Below, in pieces: positions 16,768-20,233 of a stretch of DNA of 20,233 nt. A program made the translations under genes and the position numbers. Origin of the DNA: Thermoproteota archaeon (GTDB lineage Archaea > Korarchaeota > JAOZGF01 > JAOZFZ01); the NCBI GenBank assembly GCA_027492035.1, contig JAOZFT010000005.1:1-20233 (forward strand), written 5' to 3'. Position 1 is the first letter of the stretch. Each line of letters starts with the position of its first letter. The notes under the pieces were generated by a model. The model was not told the DNA's origin. It made no database searches and saw only the letters and a program-made list of their open reading frames with translations.

Positions 16768-18084
16768 TTAAGATATTTCCTCTAAGGTTTTCCCCTTTGT
16801 TTCTATTCCAAGTGTAGCTGTGTCAAGTGCCCCAATGAGGAAAACAGCTGCTGTCACTATGAGGGCTGTGTAGAGACCGTAGCTGTCAAGTATGAAACCC
16901 ACTATTGCGGGACCAATTATGCCTGCTAACCTGCCGAATCCTGAAGCTGCACCGTAACCTGTTCCTCTGATCCTTGTTGGGTAGATTTCAGCTGTGTAGG
17001 TCATAACTACCCCCCATGCTCCTAGGCAGAAGAAACTGATTGCCGAGATCCAAGTTACAACTTCGAAACTTACTTTAGAATATGCGAAACCTATTGTTGA
17101 AACAGCTGTTAAAACAAGGAAAAAAGTTAAAACAGGTTTCCTCCCTATTTTATCTATAAGCCAAGCTGAAAGGAAGTAACCTGGTATTTGGGCGAATGAA
17201 GTTATTAATGCATACAGCATTGCAGTTGGTACAGGGTATCCCATTTTAGCCATGAATTTTATGAGCCAGAGGAAAAGGGAGTAGTAGCCGTAAACCATAC
17301 AGAACCAAAGTATCCAGGAGAAAACAGTTCTTTTTCTGTAGTTTTGGGACCAAAGCTCCCAGACAGGGACCTTAAATGCTTCCTTTCCCTCCTCTAATTC
17401 TCCTTTTAGGGTTTCAGGTAAGCTATAACCTGTTTTCCTCCCTATTTCCCTAAGGGTTTCATGAGCTTCAACAAATCTTTTCCTTTCTTCAAGGAACCTT
17501 ACAGATTCCGGGAGATAAACCTGTAAAATCACCAGCGTTAAAATTGGCAATGCCCCACTTATGAAGTAGCACCTCCAACCTAGCCTTGGAATTATTAGGT
17601 AACCAAGTAAAGCGGCCATTATCCATCCATAGGCCCAGAAACTGTCAAGTAGTACCAGGAACCTCCCCCTGTATTTTGCAGGTATAAACTCTGAAAGGTA
17701 AATGAAGCATAGGGGAATAGTTCCCCCGATGCCTATACCAGTTATAACTCTAAAAATCAACATTGAAACCCAGTCCCATGAAAAAGCAGATAAACCAGTG
17801 AACAAAGTGTAAATAGTGACAGTTAACTGCAAAGCCTTTTTCCTTCCTAGAACATCTGAAAGGAAACCCCAGCTTGCTGCCCCGATAAACATTCCTATAA
17901 AGGTTGAACCAGCTATAAATCCAGTTAAACCTTCAGACAAGTTAAAAACTTTGCTGATGTAAGGCAGGGCAAGAGATATAAACAACAAATCCATAGCGAC
18001 GAAGAGGTAAGGGATACCAACTATGAAAAGTAGAAAGTAATGAAATTTCGAAAGAGGCATTTTCTCCAAGTGTGCAGCCAGCAT
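16768..18084 (-). CDS. MFS transporter (SV2/NiaP/aromatic-acid symporter-like)
   Basis: 12 TMs; motif A GFLSDVLGRK and repeat LIDKIGRK; FRVITGIGIGG; YLSEFIPAKYRG; PESVRFL; YTAEIYPTRIRGTG; ETKGKTLEEI; GAGGT SD. Confidence 0.95.
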   Translation of the reverse strand: MLAAHLEKMPLSKFHYFLLFIVGIPYLFVAMDLLFISLALPYISKVFNLSEGLTGFIAGSTFIGMFIGAASWGFLSDVLGRKKALQLTVTIYTLFTGLSAFSWDWVSMLIFRVITGIGIGGTIPLCFIYLSEFIPAKYRGRFLVLLDSFWAYGWIMAALLGYLIIPRLGWRCYFISGALPILTLVILQVYLPESVRFLEERKRFVEAHETLREIGRKTGYSLPETLKGELEEGKEAFKVPVWELWSQNYRKRTVFSWILWFCMVYGYYSLFLWLIKFMAKMGYPVPTAMLYALITSFAQIPGYFLSAWLIDKIGRKPVLTFFLVLTAVSTIGFAYSKVSFEVVTWISAISFFCLGAWGVVMTYTAEIYPTRIRGTGYGAASGFGRLAGIIGPAIVGFILDSYGLYTALIVTAAVFLIGALDTATLGIETKGKTLEEIS

Positions 18085-18379
18085 AAAGGCAACCTCAACA
18101 AACCATTGTAACTACCTGAAAATTCTAGAATTCCTTATTTTAAACTTTTTTAAAACAAAACCTGGAAAATGTAAAGTAACTTTTGTTTAATTGCTTTTAC
18201 TAATACTTCCCGGGTTATTATATTCAGAGAAGACCTTATGCAGTTTACCTATGTTTATCTTTTATTACCTGTTCCTTTAACAAGGACTGAAGTTTATTTG
18301 GTTTGGCCGTGTATCTGCGGCTCAAATTTATGCGGTCAGTTAAGCCTTGACAGCATAACTGAGCTTGATGAACTCCAAG

Positions 18380-18411
18380 GCTTACATAGACCTACCGAAA
18401 CCTATGTAAGC
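18380..18411. repeat. Inverted repeat, 10-bp stem and 12-nt loop
   Basis: GCTTACATAG (18380-18389) pairs with CTATGTAAGC (18402-18411). Confidence 0.8.
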
Positions 18412-18711
18412 TGAACCCTTCGGTCCTCATTCTATATTTTTTCAGTTGATCCATTCAACGGCTTCTCAGAGCCTATGTTATGCCTTGTATAAGTAGTTGC
18501 TGCCTTTTCCAACAAGTCTATTACCTTAGATCATTTATAGTGGCACTGAAACCAATGCTTCTTTAAGAGGCATCATTTCTTTGCTTTGATTAATTTTGTT
18601 TTTTGAGGAAAAACATTGGTTTTAATTCCCCATTTGAGTTGTGAATAAAAGATCTTAATAACATTTTTTATTTGTTGGTTCATTTAGTTTTCCCCTTTGT
18701 GGTGAGGGTGA

Positions 18712-19740
18712 TTGATTGGAGTGGTTCTTTGCGGTGGATATGCTAGAAGGCTTTGGCCTTTAACGCTTGAGAGGTCTAAGCCTTTGCTTCCGATTGGTGA
18801 TAAATGTATACTTGACCTTGTCCTTGAAAAGCTGTTTTCAATTGGGGAATTAAATGAAATTGTTATTTCAACCAATAAGAGGTTTAAAAGTGACTACGCT
18901 GAATATGTTTCCTTTCTAGGTAGAGGAGATGTCAGTTTATTTGTGGAGGAAACAATGAGTGAAGAGGAGAAATTGGGGGCTGTAGCTGGACTTGACTATT
19001 TAATAAGAGAGAAAGGGTTTAAAGATGACTTGTTAGTGGTTGCAGGGGACAATGTTTTCTCCTTTAACCTAAGGGAACTTATATCTCTCTTCAATGAGAA
19101 AGGTGGAACCGTGGTTGCACTATACAACGTTAAAGACTTGAAGCTTGCAGAGAAATATGGAGTAGCTGAACTTAACCAAAACAAAAAACTGGTTTCCCTA
19201 GTTGAAAAACCACGTAACCCATTAACAACAACGATTTCAACCGGTTGCTACATTTTTCCAAGGGATAAACTTTCATTAATCCATGAATACCTGGACATTG
19301 GTGGTAAAAGGGATGCTCCAGGTTACCTCTTAGAATGGCTGCACCAGAAAACCGATGTTTATGGGTATATTTATGAGGGGTACTGGTTTGACATTGGTGA
19401 TTTTTCATCTTACCTTGAAGCAAACAGGTTTGTCACTAGTCATAGAACCATTGTCTCCGATGAGTCGAAGGTGGAGGTAGGGTCTAAACTGTTTCCACCA
19501 GTTGTTTTAAGGGGACCTGTTTCAATTTCAAATAGTAAAGTTGGACCAAATGTCTTATTAGTTGGAGAAGTGGAGGTTAAGGGTTCAACCCTCAACAACA
19601 CAATAGCTTTCGGGGGAACTGAAATTGTTGATTCAAAAATTAGGAACTGTGTAATCGACGAAGGTTGTATTGTTAAATCAGTTAAACTTGAAAAAGTGGT
19701 TCTGGGTAAATACTCAAAGGTGAATACAGGGTTCCTATGA
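18712..19740 (+). CDS. NDP-sugar pyrophosphorylase (sugar-1-phosphate nucleotidyltransferase) with C-terminal left-handed beta-helix
   Basis: GVVLCGGYARRLWPLTLERSKPLLPIG, LVVAGDN, YGVAE, LVEKP, STGCYIF, GYWFDIG and a hexapeptide-like tail. TTG start after GGTGA. Confidence 0.95.
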   Translation: MIGVVLCGGYARRLWPLTLERSKPLLPIGDKCILDLVLEKLFSIGELNEIVISTNKRFKSDYAEYVSFLGRGDVSLFVEETMSEEEKLGAVAGLDYLIREKGFKDDLLVVAGDNVFSFNLRELISLFNEKGGTVVALYNVKDLKLAEKYGVAELNQNKKLVSLVEKPRNPLTTTISTGCYIFPRDKLSLIHEYLDIGGKRDAPGYLLEWLHQKTDVYGYIYEGYWFDIGDFSSYLEANRFVTSHRTIVSDESKVEVGSKLFPPVVLRGPVSISNSKVGPNVLLVGEVEVKGSTLNNTIAFGGTEIVDSKIRNCVIDEGCIVKSVKLEKVVLGKYSKVNTGFL

Positions 19741-19827
19741 AAAATTTCACCGGGTTTCCAAGTTTATCTGTTTACATTGAACTATGTGAATATAGAGGAT
19801 ATATAATTAAAAAGTGTTTTGTTTAGA

Positions 19828-19845
19828 GTGTTACAAGGTGTTACA
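19828..19845. repeat. Direct repeat GTGTTACA x2 (10-bp period) upstream of pgiA
   Basis: Copies at 19828-19835 and 19838-19845; a related TGTTACA lies just inside the gene start. Confidence 0.6.
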
Positions 19846-19868
19846 TTTTTTCAGAGGTGTTTAAAAGG

Positions 19869-20233
19869 TTGAAGTTTCTGTTACAACCTTTTGAAAATAT
19901 TTGTTCTGAAAAAGTTTTAGATGAACTGAGGAAATCCTTTAAGAAGGGCTTTTACGTGAAGGTACCTATCAAGGTAAAGTTAACCTGTGGAAAGTTGGCT
20001 GGGAGAATGGAAAGATCCCTAAGATTATTATCGGACATGGAAGTACTCTTCAAAGACAAAGAAGCATTTAAATCCATTAATGGAAATAGAATTGTCTACG
20101 AGGTTTACAGAGGAACTGTTAATGGGTTAGGTGCCGGTTTAACAGTTATTTACCCGGGGAAAGTTGGAGAAGAGTTTCACATGACAAAGGGACATGTACA
20201 TGTTGAGAAAAGCCACTCTGAGATTTACCTTGG
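19869..20233 (+). CDS. pgiA: Cupin-type (archaeal) glucose-6-phosphate isomerase, 3'-truncated by the window
   Basis: Not in the ORF track (no stop in the window). My translation from TTG 19869 (after GAGGTG) gives ...RLLSDMEVLFKDKEAF...IVYEVY...LTVIYPGKVGEEFHMTKGHVHVEKSHSEIYL, matching the Thermococcales PgiA motif PGKVGxEFxxTKGHxH...E. Confidence 0.92.
   Translation, partial: MKFLLQPFENICSEKVLDELRKSFKKGFYVKVPIKVKLTCGKLAGRMERSLRLLSDMEVLFKDKEAFKSINGNRIVYEVYRGTVNGLGAGLTVIYPGKVGEEFHMTKGHVHVEKSHSEIYL

Noticed and set aside
18364-18411. Hammerhead ribozyme (TGATGA...GAAA)
   Set aside because: Core reads CTTGATGA rather than CTGANGA, and no stem II closes between the two motifs.
10386-19423. ORFs 10386-10622, 13357-13542, 14848-15069, 16130-16321, 18684-18875, 18996-19184, 19172-19423
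   Set aside because: Antisense or alternate-frame ORFs overlapping real genes, with no independent evidence.
1-20233. CRISPR array, tRNA, rRNA, transposase or integrase
   Set aside because: No regularly spaced repeats, no GC-rich structured RNA segment and no recombinase motifs seen.

Overview
AT-rich, Lys/Glu-rich archaeal DNA with GGTGA/GGAGG Shine-Dalgarno motifs, frequent TTG starts and TATA/BRE promoters. Gene content is most reminiscent of a thermophilic Bathyarchaeia/TACK genome (inference). Most of the window is a cell-envelope locus. (i) A minus-strand MoxR-Proper-type operon encodes a small membrane protein, a Cys-cluster membrane protein, a transglutaminase-like protein, a DUF4350-like protein, a MoxR AAA+ ATPase, a DUF58/vWA protein and two membrane proteins. 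(ii) Two FtsX/MacB-type permeases are transcribed divergently from their LolD-like ATPase and a GT-C-like membrane protein. (iii) A DUF1616 gene group is followed by a probably decayed third gene. The window ends with an MFS transporter, an NDP-sugar pyrophosphorylase and the start of a cupin glucose-6-phosphate isomerase. Main finding: the MoxR ATPase is interrupted just after Walker B by a 169-aa mini-intein (4000-4506) with all splicing motifs. Also notable: the transglutaminase-like protein has lost its catalytic Cys and His and sits on a sequon-dense stalk, the ABC ATPase lacks the H-loop His, and a perfect 22-bp palindrome made of two overlapping TATA-like boxes lies between the divergent ABC genes. 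No rRNA, tRNA or CRISPR array was seen. Family names come from motif recognition by eye, not from database searches.
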